Translations under genes and position numbers: made by a program
Notes under the pieces: model-generated
Database searches by the model: none
What the model saw: only the letters and a program-made list of their open reading frames with translations
Told to the model about the DNA's origin: nothing
Source: Candidatus Krumholzibacteriia bacterium
Lineage (GTDB): Bacteria; Krumholzibacteriota; Krumholzibacteriia; LZORAL124-64-63
Length of the DNA: 64,000 nt
NCBI GenBank assembly: GCA_046484865.1
Contig: JAWOID010000061.1
Location: 1-64,000, forward strand
Reading direction: 5' to 3'
Shown here: positions 20,478-29,590 of the stretch, one piece after another
Position numbering within the stretch: position 1 is the stretch's first letter
How the letters are laid out: each line of letters starts with the position of its first letter

Positions 20478-21629
20478 ATGTCGACGTCCCTGACACCCGA
20501 CGAACTGGTCCGGCTGGTGGAGCGGGTCTTCCAGCCCACCGAGGCCGACCACGGGCTCGCCGTCCTGGCCGATCTGCCTGACGGACGCCGCGTCGACACC
20601 CCCGACTGGGGAGTGCGCCGGGCGCTGGCCGACGCCTGGGCTCGCATGCTCCTGGAGCGGCGCGAGACCCTGGGCCTGCAGCGGGTGAGCATGGTATGGT
20701 ATCGCAATGCCGGCAGCAACAACGCCGATCTGCCCGAGGTCTGCTGGGCCACCGAGCCGGGCGTGGTTCCGGCGCACGCGCGGGAACTGCAAGGGCGCGA
20801 CCTGGTGTCGTTTCCCGAGGTCTTCACGGCTCACAGCATCATCCTGGCGCTCACGGAGCTGTCGGCCACCGCCCCGCTGAAGGTGGCCGCCCGCGGCGGG
20901 GCCTTCCGCGCCGCCACCATGCCCGGGTTCCTGCCGAGCATGGTCCCCGCCCTGCGGATCGATTACGGCGAGGTGGACCGGCGCGTGCGGGCACTCAAGG
21001 CGCGGCTGGACCGCGCCGGGGCCGCACGGCTGGTCTGGGAGGCGGCGGGGGTGCGTCACGAGCTGACTCTCGATCTGCGGCACCGCGAGGCCCACGCCAG
21101 CGGCGGTCTGCTACCCGAGAACGGCGCGGCCGGCAACCTCCCCTCCGGGGAGGCCTACATCGTCCCCTACGAGGGAGAGATCGCGGGCGATCCCAGCCGC
21201 AGCGCCGGAACCATCCCGGTGGAATTCGACGGCGAGATCGTCGTGTACGAGGTGCAGGGGAATCGCGCCGTGTCGGTCCTGTCCCGGGGTCCCCGCAGCG
21301 AGGAGGAGGCGCGGCTGCTCGCGGCCGAGCCCGCCTACGCCAATCTCGCCGAGCTGGGCCTGGGCGTGCTGGGGGACTTCGGACTCGAGCCCACCGGCAG
21401 CATCCTGCTGGACGAGAAGCTGGGACTGCACGTGGCGTTCGGGCGCAGCGATCACTTCGGCGGCATGGTCGGACCCGACGCTTTCTCGCGGCCGGAGGCG
21501 GTCGTCCACCTCGACCGGGTCTACATCCCCGGCTGCCAGCCGCAGATCGCGGTGAAGGAGGTGGTCCTGGCGGACGACGGGGGAGAGCGCGTCCTGATGC
21601 GGGACGGCGCCTGGGTGGACGCCTTCTGA
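20478..21629 (+). CDS. M29/aminopeptidase T-like metallopeptidase
   Basis: AATMPG, GNLPSGEAYIVP, NLAELGLG, LLDEKLGLHVAFG.S.HFGG, HLD motifs. Confidence 0.75.
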   Translation: MSTSLTPDELVRLVERVFQPTEADHGLAVLADLPDGRRVDTPDWGVRRALADAWARMLLERRETLGLQRVSMVWYRNAGSNNADLPEVCWATEPGVVPAHARELQGRDLVSFPEVFTAHSIILALTELSATAPLKVAARGGAFRAATMPGFLPSMVPALRIDYGEVDRRVRALKARLDRAGAARLVWEAAGVRHELTLDLRHREAHASGGLLPENGAAGNLPSGEAYIVPYEGEIAGDPSRSAGTIPVEFDGEIVVYEVQGNRAVSVLSRGPRSEEEARLLAAEPAYANLAELGLGVLGDFGLEPTGSILLDEKLGLHVAFGRSDHFGGMVGPDAFSRPEAVVHLDRVYIPGCQPQIAVKEVVLADDGGERVLMRDGAWVDAF

Positions 21630-22513
21630 TGCGCTACGTCGAACCGCTCTTCCGCCCTCCGAGCGAGGCCCGCAGCCTCCTGCTGCAGGTCACGATCGGG
21701 TGCAGCCACAATGCCTGCACCTACTGCGGCATGTACCAGTCGCCCCGGCAGCGCTTCCGGGTGCGCTCGCTCGATGCGGTGAAGGCGGACATCGACGAGG
21801 CCGGCGGCGCGCTGACCGGGCCCGTCCCGCGCGTCTTCCTCGCCGATGGCGACGCGCTGGTCGTTCCCCCGCGCCGGCTGGCGGCGATCCTCGAGCACCT
21901 GCGGCGGCGGATCCCGTCCGTGCGCCGCGTGGGCATCTACGGGGATGCGCGCTCGATCCTGCGCTGGAGCGTGGAGGAGTTGCGGTGCCTGCGCGAGCTG
22001 GGCCTGGGCATCGTCTACCACGGCGCGGAGAGCGGGGACGACGAGGTGCTGCGACGGGTGGGCAAGGGCAGCACCGCGGCGGAGGCGGTGCGCGCGGCCC
22101 GACGCCTGCGGGCGGCGGGGATCCGTCACTCGGTCATGGTCATGCTGGGGCTCGGCGGCGTCGAGCGCAGCCGGGAGCACGCCGCTGCGACGGCGGAGTT
22201 GATCACCCACATGGACCCCCCGTACGTGGGCGCCCTCACCACGATGCTGGTCCCCGGCACGCCGCTGGCGGCGGATGCCGCGGCGGGCCGCTTCCGGCTG
22301 CCCGACCGCTGGGGAATGCTGCGGGAGTTGCGCACCCTGGTGGCGGAATCGAGGCCGTCGCGGTGCGCCTTCCACGCCAATCACGCCAGCAACCATCTCC
22401 CGCTGCGCCTGAACCTGCCGGCAGACCGCGGCCGGGGAACGGCGCTGCTCGACGAGGTGCTCGCCAGCCGGGACGAGAGCCGCCTGCTGCCGGAACAGTG
22501 GCGCGGACTCTGA
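21629..22513 (+). CDS. Radical SAM protein
   Basis: FRPPSEA.SLLLQVTIGCSHNACTYC (CxxxCxxC), VFLADGDAL, ANHASN. TGATG coupling to the upstream gene. Confidence 0.9.
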   Translation: MRYVEPLFRPPSEARSLLLQVTIGCSHNACTYCGMYQSPRQRFRVRSLDAVKADIDEAGGALTGPVPRVFLADGDALVVPPRRLAAILEHLRRRIPSVRRVGIYGDARSILRWSVEELRCLRELGLGIVYHGAESGDDEVLRRVGKGSTAAEAVRAARRLRAAGIRHSVMVMLGLGGVERSREHAAATAELITHMDPPYVGALTTMLVPGTPLAADAAAGRFRLPDRWGMLRELRTLVAESRPSRCAFHANHASNHLPLRLNLPADRGRGTALLDEVLASRDESRLLPEQWRGL

Positions 22514-22721
22514 GGTCCCGCGGGGCGGGCGGGTGACCGGGCGGGCCGACGGCACTCACGGCGGCGGCCGGGCGCGTCCAGCGGCGACAGGACGGCCCTG
22601 CGGTCGCGAGCGGCCGGGGCCGCTCGCGGCCCCGTCTTGACAATCCGGGAAACTCCGCACGATCATTGATGGTTGCCCACAGCGACAGAGCCGCCTCCGA
22701 TCGCAGCCGGCGGGAGGGATC

Positions 22722-23240
22722 ATGGTCGAAGATCGAAAACGCCCCGCACGCGTGCTGCTCGTCGTCCACGAGCAGCACGCGTGCGACGAGCAGGACCTCG
22801 TGGATTTCCTCGCCCAGCGCCTGTTGAAGCGCGGCTACACGGTGCATGCGGCCACCACCGGCCCGGACGCCATCGCTGCAGCCCGCAATCAGACCTTCGA
22901 CGTGGCCGTCGTCGACCTCAAGATGCCGCAGATGGACGGCATCCAGGTCATCGAGCAGCTGAAAGACATGCAGCCCCACCTCGAGACGATCATGCTCACC
23001 GGCCATGGCTCCACCGACTCGGCCCTGCAGGCGGGCAAGCTGCAGACATTCCGCTACCTGCTGAAGCCTTACGATTTCGGCCAGCTGGTGGAGCAGATCG
23101 ACGATGCGGTCGCCACCCGCCGTCAGACCCTGCGGGATCGCTTCGAGGCCGAGCTGGAAAAGGTGATCGGCAGCAACGCCTCCCCCCGCGAGATCATCCA
23201 CGAGAGCGAAAGACTGCGCCGGGAGTATGAACAGGATTAA
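22722..23240 (+). CDS. Response regulator (receiver domain plus short helical tail)
   Basis: VAVVDLKMPQMDG, IMLTGHGS, YLLKPYD motifs. Confidence 0.88.
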   Translation: MVEDRKRPARVLLVVHEQHACDEQDLVDFLAQRLLKRGYTVHAATTGPDAIAAARNQTFDVAVVDLKMPQMDGIQVIEQLKDMQPHLETIMLTGHGSTDSALQAGKLQTFRYLLKPYDFGQLVEQIDDAVATRRQTLRDRFEAELEKVIGSNASPREIIHESERLRREYEQD

Positions 23241-25128
23241 GACCACGGTGGCGATCATCGGCGGCGGCAAGGCCTGCCGCGAACTCCTGTCGATGATCGA
23301 GGCCGACCCCCGGCAGCTCGGCCTGGAGGTGGTCGGGGTCGCCGACCCCGATCCCGACTCGCCCGGTCTGCGCTTCGCCCGGGAGATCGGCGTGCCGCTG
23401 GTGGTGGACGACTACCACGAGTTCTTCGTGCGCAGCGACATCGAGCTCGTGATCGAGCTCACGGGCCTGCCGCAGGTGCGCGACGAGATCTTCCGCAACC
23501 TGCCGGCTCACATCCACATCGTCGACCATCATGCGTCGCGCTTCTTCTGGGACCTGTTCGCCCGCGCCGAAGAGAGCCGCGAACTGCGCCAGCGCAGCCG
23601 CGACCAGCTGCAGGCCGAACGCAACCGGCTGCGCAACATCCTGGACAGCCTTCCTTACGAGATCCTGGTGGTGGACCGCGACTATCGCGTGGAGCTGGCC
23701 AACCGCACCTATCTCGACAACAACGACTTCTCGCGCGAGGAGGTGGTGGGTCGCCGCTGCTATGACCTGAACCACCTCACCAAGCCGCCTTGCGATCTCG
23801 AGAGCGGCACCTGCCCCCACGCCGAGTCCCTGACGGCGGGCCACTCGATCTCCCGCGTGGTCAGCCGTCTCGACGATCAGGGGCGGGAGCGGTTCGCTTC
23901 GGTCAGCGCCGCTCCGCTGCGAGACGAGCACGGGACCATCCAGGGCGTCGTCGAGGCCATCCGCGACATCACCGAGCGCATGGAGATCCAGCGCAAGCTC
24001 CTGCAGCAGTCGGCCCAGCTCAGCGAGGCGCGACAGCTCCTCGACGGCATCCTCGCCAACAGCCGCGACATCATCTTCATCGCCGACGCCGAGGGCCGGT
24101 TGCTCACCGTGAACGACGGCGCGGTGCGCGCCCTCGGCTACCCGGCGGAGGCGTTGCTGGGCCGGCCGTTCTCCTTCCTCGGGCTGGATCCGGACCCGCT
24201 GGAGGAGCTCATGGAGGCCGTGCAGCGCGAAGGTCACGCGCTGGGCTACGAACTGAGGCTGCGCCATGCGGAGGGCGAGACCGTGCTGGTGAACCTCAGC
24301 CTCACCACCTACGGGCAGCCCGGACTCGACGCCGAGATCATCGGGATCGGGCGCGACATCACCACCCGCGTGCAGCTGCAGGAGAAGGTCTTCCGCACCG
24401 AACAGCTGGCGGCCGTCGGCAGGATGGCAGCCGGGGTGGCGCACGAGATCAACAACCCGCTGGCGGTGATCGACACCATCGCCGGCCTGGTGGAGGACAC
24501 CCTCGAGGACGAGGGCGAGCGCCTCGATGCCAGCGCGGTGGCGAACCTGCAACGGGCGATCGGCCGTCTGCGCCACCAGGTGAAGCGGGCCACCAGCATC
24601 ACCCACAGCCTGCTGGGGTTCGTCCGCAAGGACGGCTCGGGCCGCCGTCCCGTGGATCTCGTGACGCTCATGGACGAGACGCTCGACCTGCTCGCACCGG
24701 AGATCAACACCCGAGGGGTCCAGGTGCGCCGCAGCTATCTCGACAACATCCCCGAGCCGGTGACCGATCGCATGCTGCTGCAGCAGGTGTTCGTCAACCT
24801 GCTGAAGAATGCCATCGACGCCATGGAGGAGAAGGGGACCAGCCAGCCGGTGCTGGAGGTCGGCCTGGAGCGGCCGGACGACCGCACCGTGGCCGTGTAC
24901 GTGCAGGACAACGGCGTGGGGATCCCCGCCGAGGCGCGCGCGCGGATCTTCGATCTCTTCCACACCAGCAAGCCCGTGGGCAAGGGCACGGGTCTCGGTC
25001 TGGCCATCGTCATGGACATCGTGAAGCGGCTGGACGGCGTCATCGACCTGGAGAGCGAGCCGGGACAGGGCACCCGGTTCACCGTTTCGTTCCCCGTGGC
25101 CCCGGAGTCGGTGACGAGTGATCATTGA
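23227..25128 (+). CDS. Cytoplasmic histidine kinase: Rossmann-like domain, PAS, PAS, HisKA, HATPase
   Basis: N-terminal VAIIGGGKAC...VVGVADPD; two PAS domains; AAGVAHEINNPL, QVFVNLLKNA, GKGTGLGL. Confidence 0.92.
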   Translation: MNRIKTTVAIIGGGKACRELLSMIEADPRQLGLEVVGVADPDPDSPGLRFAREIGVPLVVDDYHEFFVRSDIELVIELTGLPQVRDEIFRNLPAHIHIVDHHASRFFWDLFARAEESRELRQRSRDQLQAERNRLRNILDSLPYEILVVDRDYRVELANRTYLDNNDFSREEVVGRRCYDLNHLTKPPCDLESGTCPHAESLTAGHSISRVVSRLDDQGRERFASVSAAPLRDEHGTIQGVVEAIRDITERMEIQRKLLQQSAQLSEARQLLDGILANSRDIIFIADAEGRLLTVNDGAVRALGYPAEALLGRPFSFLGLDPDPLEELMEAVQREGHALGYELRLRHAEGETVLVNLSLTTYGQPGLDAEIIGIGRDITTRVQLQEKVFRTEQLAAVGRMAAGVAHEINNPLAVIDTIAGLVEDTLEDEGERLDASAVANLQRAIGRLRHQVKRATSITHSLLGFVRKDGSGRRPVDLVTLMDETLDLLAPEINTRGVQVRRSYLDNIPEPVTDRMLLQQVFVNLLKNAIDAMEEKGTSQPVLEVGLERPDDRTVAVYVQDNGVGIPAEARARIFDLFHTSKPVGKGTGLGLAIVMDIVKRLDGVIDLESEPGQGTRFTVSFPVAPESVTSDH

Positions 25129-25262
25129 CCCCCGCTCGTGGCCACGGTCCGCATGAACACGGGCCCACTCACCATGACCGGCCTGCCCGGACCGCGGCGC
25201 AGGTACGGCGACTTCCGGATCCGGCGCCCGGCCGGATCCTTTCCCCGACGCAAGGAGACGTG

Positions 25263-26030
25263 ATGAACGCAAGCTCGCCCAAGTTCCCGCTGCAGGCGCT
25301 GACCGCGACCGCGCTGACGGCTTTCCTGCTGGTCGCCGGCGGCTGCGTCCAGGTGAGCATGGTGACCGAGATCCAGGACGACGGCTCCGGAACCAGCGTG
25401 ATCAGCTACTCCATGAGCGACCAGGTGGCCAATGCCCTGGAGGAACTCGCGGCCATGGAGAACAGCCCCACGGGCGAGGGCGTGCCCTCGTTCGACGAAC
25501 TGACCCGCGAGCGGGTGGAGGCGACCGCCAGGGCGCACGGGGCCTCCCTCGAGAGCTTCGAGCGCGAGCGGGACGGTGGTCGCCAGGGCGCGACGATGAA
25601 GATCGCCTTCGAGAACGTGGAGCAGCTCTCGCGCACGCTCAACGAGCTGGGCGAGGGCGGCGACGAGTTGCTCGTCATCCGCCCCACCGGCGACGGCGAT
25701 TACCTGCTGGCCGCCATCCCCGATCCCCGGGCCGGCGCAGAGGCCGAGGACGACGAGGACGAGGAGGAGGCCGCCGATCCCGGCGTCTACGATCCGGAGT
25801 CGATGCAGCGGGCCATGGAACTCACGGGTCAGCTGATGGCGAACCTGAGCGAACTCGAGATGGAGATGAAGATCACGGTTCCGGGCGACATCCTCGAGAG
25901 CTCCGCCCACCGGGTGGACGGCCGCACCGCCGTCTGGCGCGTCGATTCATCGAACATGATGTCGATGCAGGACGGCGATTTCGACCCGCGCGTGCGGTTT
26001 TCCGGCAAGGGTGTGAAGATCGGCGGTTGA
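25263..26030 (+). CDS. Acidic lipoprotein (LppM/DUF3153-like)
   Basis: Lipobox VAGGC; I..DGSG, ITVPGDILESSAH.VDG.T.VW motifs. Confidence 0.6.
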   Translation: MNASSPKFPLQALTATALTAFLLVAGGCVQVSMVTEIQDDGSGTSVISYSMSDQVANALEELAAMENSPTGEGVPSFDELTRERVEATARAHGASLESFERERDGGRQGATMKIAFENVEQLSRTLNELGEGGDELLVIRPTGDGDYLLAAIPDPRAGAEAEDDEDEEEAADPGVYDPESMQRAMELTGQLMANLSELEMEMKITVPGDILESSAHRVDGRTAVWRVDSSNMMSMQDGDFDPRVRFSGKGVKIGG

Positions 26031-26214
26031 GCCGACCGGGGGCCGGTTCGCCGCTCCGCCGGCGGGTCGGTTCGTGATACGCAGCGAGCCCCGGCCACGT
26101 GGTCGGGGCTCGCGTTCGCCGGCGGCCGGCGCCATACCGACGAGCATATCCGGCGAGCAGGACCCGCGGCCGGATCGCCGGACGCCGGAACTCGCGCCCG
26201 TTCGATCCTCCGCG

Positions 26215-26727
26215 TCAGACCCCCGCGGCTTCGTCGCCCGGCTGGCGCTGCTTCAGTTCGCGGTCGATCATGAACAGGCCCATGCCGTCCTCGCCCACCA
26301 GCCTCAGCTTCTGGCAGATGTCGTCCACCGAGGCCTCCTCCTCGACCTGCTCGTTCACGTACCACCGCATGAGGTTGTCGGTCGCGTGGTCCTTCTCCGT
26401 CTGGGCCAGCTCGGCGAGCCGGTCGATCCGCTCGGTCATCGATTTCTCGTGCGCGAGCGCGGCCTCGAAGCACGCCAGCGGTGTGGGCCAGTCGTGGTCG
26501 GGCGCCGCGACGGCCTTCAGCTTCACGCGGGCGCCGCGGCTGCCCAGGTAGTCGAAGATCTTCATGCCGTGCATGTTCTCTTCCTGGGACTGCAACCGCA
26601 TCCAGCGCGCACAGCCGTCCAGGTTGCGCGACTCGAACCACGCGGCCATGGACAGGTATATGTAACCCGAGTGGATCTCGGCATTGATCTGATCGTTGAG
26701 CGCATCCTGCAGCTTCGGCGAAAGCAC
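26215..26727 (-). CDS. ftnA: Non-heme ferritin
   Basis: LNDQINAEIHSGYIYLSMAAW, QSQEENMHGMK, WYVNEQVEEE, GLFMIDREL motifs. Confidence 0.93.
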   Translation of the reverse strand: MLSPKLQDALNDQINAEIHSGYIYLSMAAWFESRNLDGCARWMRLQSQEENMHGMKIFDYLGSRGARVKLKAVAAPDHDWPTPLACFEAALAHEKSMTERIDRLAELAQTEKDHATDNLMRWYVNEQVEEEASVDDICQKLRLVGEDGMGLFMIDRELKQRQPGDEAAGV

Positions 26728-26806
26728 GTCGGCTCTCCTTCGTCAGGCCGCGGCACCGCCTCTCCGGCGGCGGCACGGCGTTGGTCGACGGCCGGTCCCG
26801 GCGGGA

Positions 26807-27244
26807 TCAGCCGTAGGGATACATGCCCCTCTTGATCTTCGCCAGCGACTCGAGCATGACGTCGTGCTTCTCCTCGTCATGCTTCAGGTAGTTCAGCAGG
26901 TACTCCTGCACGACCATCTGCCGGCCCTTGAGCGCCTCCAGGCTGTCCTCCATGAGCTTGATGGTCTCCTTCTCCATCTTCTGGTGATCCTCGATCTGTC
27001 CCCACACCTCGCCCAGCTCCTCGGGGGTGATGCGGACGGTCTGCGACTCGAGACTGTCGACCACCATCTGCTGCACGCGATGATGCATCTGGCTGTCGCG
27101 CTGGATGATCTCCATGATCAGCGAGATCAGGGGATTGTCCGTCTTCTCCATGATCGCAGCCATCTGCGACACCGAAGCGTTCTCGATCTTCTGCCACTGC
27201 TTCATGTTCTCGACCATGCGTTCCTGCAATTCCCTCGTCGACAT
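26807..27244 (-). CDS. Ferritin-like four-helix-bundle protein
   Basis: Duplicated carboxylate/His pattern IENASV...DSQMH and MEKETI...DEEKH. Confidence 0.65.
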   Translation of the reverse strand: MSTRELQERMVENMKQWQKIENASVSQMAAIMEKTDNPLISLIMEIIQRDSQMHHRVQQMVVDSLESQTVRITPEELGEVWGQIEDHQKMEKETIKLMEDSLEALKGRQMVVQEYLLNYLKHDEEKHDVMLESLAKIKRGMYPYG

Positions 27245-27412
27245 GAGACCCTCCCTGCCTGGGTGATCGGGGCCGTGATGCCCGGGCGACGCCGCCCCCC
27301 CGCCGCGGCGCGCGATGACGGGGGTTTTTCACGGCAGCAGTCTAGGCATGACCCGGTGCATCAGCAACGGCTTTCGCCGCGTTTCCTCCGGGCGTCCCCC
27401 CAGAACCGATGA

Positions 27413-27440
27413 TTGCGATTCATCTGCGGCACCTTATCAT
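27413..27440 (+). promoter_or_regulatory. Candidate promoter TTGCGA-N16-TATCAT for the pdhA operon
   Basis: Sigma70-like hexamers about 77 bp upstream of ATG 27517. Confidence 0.5.
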
Positions 27441-27516
27441 ACCCGGGGCATCCGAGGTCCGTTCACCGCACGCCGGACCGACCGCTCCCCCCGGAACCAC
27501 GCGAAAGGACGGCGGC

Positions 27517-28608
27517 ATGCCGAGGAAGAAGATTGCGACCTTCTCCCTGGAGTATCTGCAGATCCTCGACGAGAACGGGGAGGTGGACACCGCTCTCGAG
27601 CCGGACCTTCCCGCGGACGAGCATCTGCGCATGTACCGCTCGATGGTGCTGGCGCGCGAGACCGACGAGCGGATGCTCAAGCTGCAGCGCCAGGGCCGGG
27701 TGGGCACCTTCGGACCGAGCACGGGCCAGGAGGCGATCGCGGTGGCGGCCGCCTGCGCCATGGCTCCGGACGACTGGCTCGTCGGGGCGTTCCGGGAACT
27801 GGGCAGCCGCCTGGTGCGCGGGGAGCCGCTGACGAACCCCTTCTTGTTCTACAACGGGTTCGAGGAAGGGAACGTGCAGCCCGAGAGCGTGAGTCGCCTG
27901 CTGCCGATCAACATCATCGTCGCCAGTCAGTGCCTGCACGCGGCCGGCATCGGCTACGCACTGAAGTACCGGCGGGAAAAGGCGGCGGCGGTGGCGTTCA
28001 TGGGCGACGGCGCCACCAGCCAGGGCGACTTCCACGAGGGATTGAACTTCGCGTCGGTCTGGCAGGCGCCGGTGGTCTTCGTCAGCCAGAACAACCAGTG
28101 GGCCATCTCCGTGCCACGCGAGAAGCAGACGCGTTCGCGGACCCTGGCGCAGAAGGGCATCGCCTACGACATGCCTTGCTTGCAGGTCGACGGCAACGAC
28201 GTGCTGGCCTGCCGGGCAGCCATGCAGGAGGCGCTGGAGCGCGCCCGGGACGGCGGCGGCCCCACCTTCATCGAGGCCGTCACCTACCGCCTGATGATGC
28301 ACACCACCGCCGACGATCCCGGTCGCTACCGCACCCGCGAGGAGGAGGAGGGCTGGTGGCGCAAGGAACCGCTCGATCGCTACCGGCGGTACCTCACCCG
28401 GCGGGAACTGTGGGACGACGCCCGCGAGGAACGGCTCCGGACCGAGATCCGCGCCGAGGTCGACCGCGCCGTGCACGAGTTCGAGGCCATGAAGGATTTC
28501 CCGTCCGACCTGCCCTTCGAACACGTCTACGGGACGCCCCACCCCGAGATCGCGCGCCAGCGACGGGAATTCCTCGCCAACCTGGAGCAGGAGGCCGGCG
28601 ATGCCTAG
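27517..28608 (+). CDS. pdhA: 2-oxoacid (pyruvate or branched-chain) dehydrogenase E1 alpha subunit
   Basis: LQRQGR.GT...GQEA, TPP motif GDGATSQGDFHEGLNFA...NNQWAIS, YRL..HTTADDP..YR. Confidence 0.92.
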   Translation: MPRKKIATFSLEYLQILDENGEVDTALEPDLPADEHLRMYRSMVLARETDERMLKLQRQGRVGTFGPSTGQEAIAVAAACAMAPDDWLVGAFRELGSRLVRGEPLTNPFLFYNGFEEGNVQPESVSRLLPINIIVASQCLHAAGIGYALKYRREKAAAVAFMGDGATSQGDFHEGLNFASVWQAPVVFVSQNNQWAISVPREKQTRSRTLAQKGIAYDMPCLQVDGNDVLACRAAMQEALERARDGGGPTFIEAVTYRLMMHTTADDPGRYRTREEEEGWWRKEPLDRYRRYLTRRELWDDAREERLRTEIRAEVDRAVHEFEAMKDFPSDLPFEHVYGTPHPEIARQRREFLANLEQEAGDA

Positions 28609-29581
28609 GCTCAACATGGTCCAGGCCATCAACCTCGGGCTGCGCCAGGAGATGGAGCGGGACGACAGCGTGATCCTGCTGGGCGAGGACATCGGCAAGG
28701 ACGGCGGCGTGTTCCGCGTCACCGATCAGCTCTTCGAGCGGTTTGGCGAGGAGCGCGTGGTGGACACGCCGCTGGCGGAATCGGGGATCCTCGGCACGGC
28801 GGTGGGCATGGCCCTCGCAGGCCTGCGCCCGGTGGCGGAGATGCAGTTCTCGGGCTTCAGCTACCTGATGATGGGGCAGTGGGAGGGGCACGCCACCCGC
28901 TACCGCGCCCGCACGCTGAGCCAGTACTCGGTGCCGCTGGTCGTGCGGATGCCGTACGGCGGCGGCGTGCGGGCGCTCGAACACCACAGCGAGAGCCGCG
29001 AGGTGCTGTACGCCCACACCCCCGGCGGGAAGGTGGTGATCCCCAGCGGCCCCCGCAATGCGCGGGCGCTCATCGTGGCCGCCATCCGCGACCCCGATCC
29101 GGTGGTCTTCATGGAACCGAAGCACTCCTACCGCGCCTTCCGCGAGGAGGTGCCCGACGAGCCCGAGGTCATGGAGATCGGGCGGGCCCAGGTGGTTCAG
29201 GAGGGCGACGACGTGACGCTCGTCGGCTGGGGCGCCATGATGCGCCCCGCCCTGAAGGCCGCGGCCGAGGTGCAGAAGCAGCGCGGCGCGTCGGTGGAGG
29301 TGATCGATCTGCTGACGATCGCTCCCCTCGACGGCGAGACCGTCGCCGCATCCGTTCGCAAGACCGGCCGCTGCGTGATCGTGCAGGAGGCGCCCCGCAG
29401 CTTCGGCGTGGCCGCCGAGATCATCGCCCGCCTGAACGACGAGGCCTTGCTCTACCTGGAGGCGCCGGTGAAGCGGCTCACCGGCTACGACGTGGTGACG
29501 CCGTACTTCGGTCGCGAGAAGAGCTACACCCCCACCGCCGGCCGGGTGGTGCGCGGCATCCTCGAGACCCTCGACTTCTAG
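28601..29581 (+). CDS. pdhB: 2-oxoacid dehydrogenase E1 beta subunit
   Basis: LLGEDIGKDGGVFRVT, DTPLAESGI, EHHSES, FMEPK motifs. Confidence 0.93.
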   Translation: MPRLNMVQAINLGLRQEMERDDSVILLGEDIGKDGGVFRVTDQLFERFGEERVVDTPLAESGILGTAVGMALAGLRPVAEMQFSGFSYLMMGQWEGHATRYRARTLSQYSVPLVVRMPYGGGVRALEHHSESREVLYAHTPGGKVVIPSGPRNARALIVAAIRDPDPVVFMEPKHSYRAFREEVPDEPEVMEIGRAQVVQEGDDVTLVGWGAMMRPALKAAAEVQKQRGASVEVIDLLTIAPLDGETVAASVRKTGRCVIVQEAPRSFGVAAEIIARLNDEALLYLEAPVKRLTGYDVVTPYFGREKSYTPTAGRVVRGILETLDF

Positions 29582-29590
29582 GAGGCGATC

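Noticed and set aside
22637..22663. TTGACA promoter upstream of the response regulator at 22722
   Set aside because: Perfect -35, but no convincing -10 at 16-18 bp.
27346..27362. Possible sigma54 promoter AGGCATGACCCGGTGCA before pdhA
   Set aside because: GG-to-GC spacing is 11 nt rather than the required 10.
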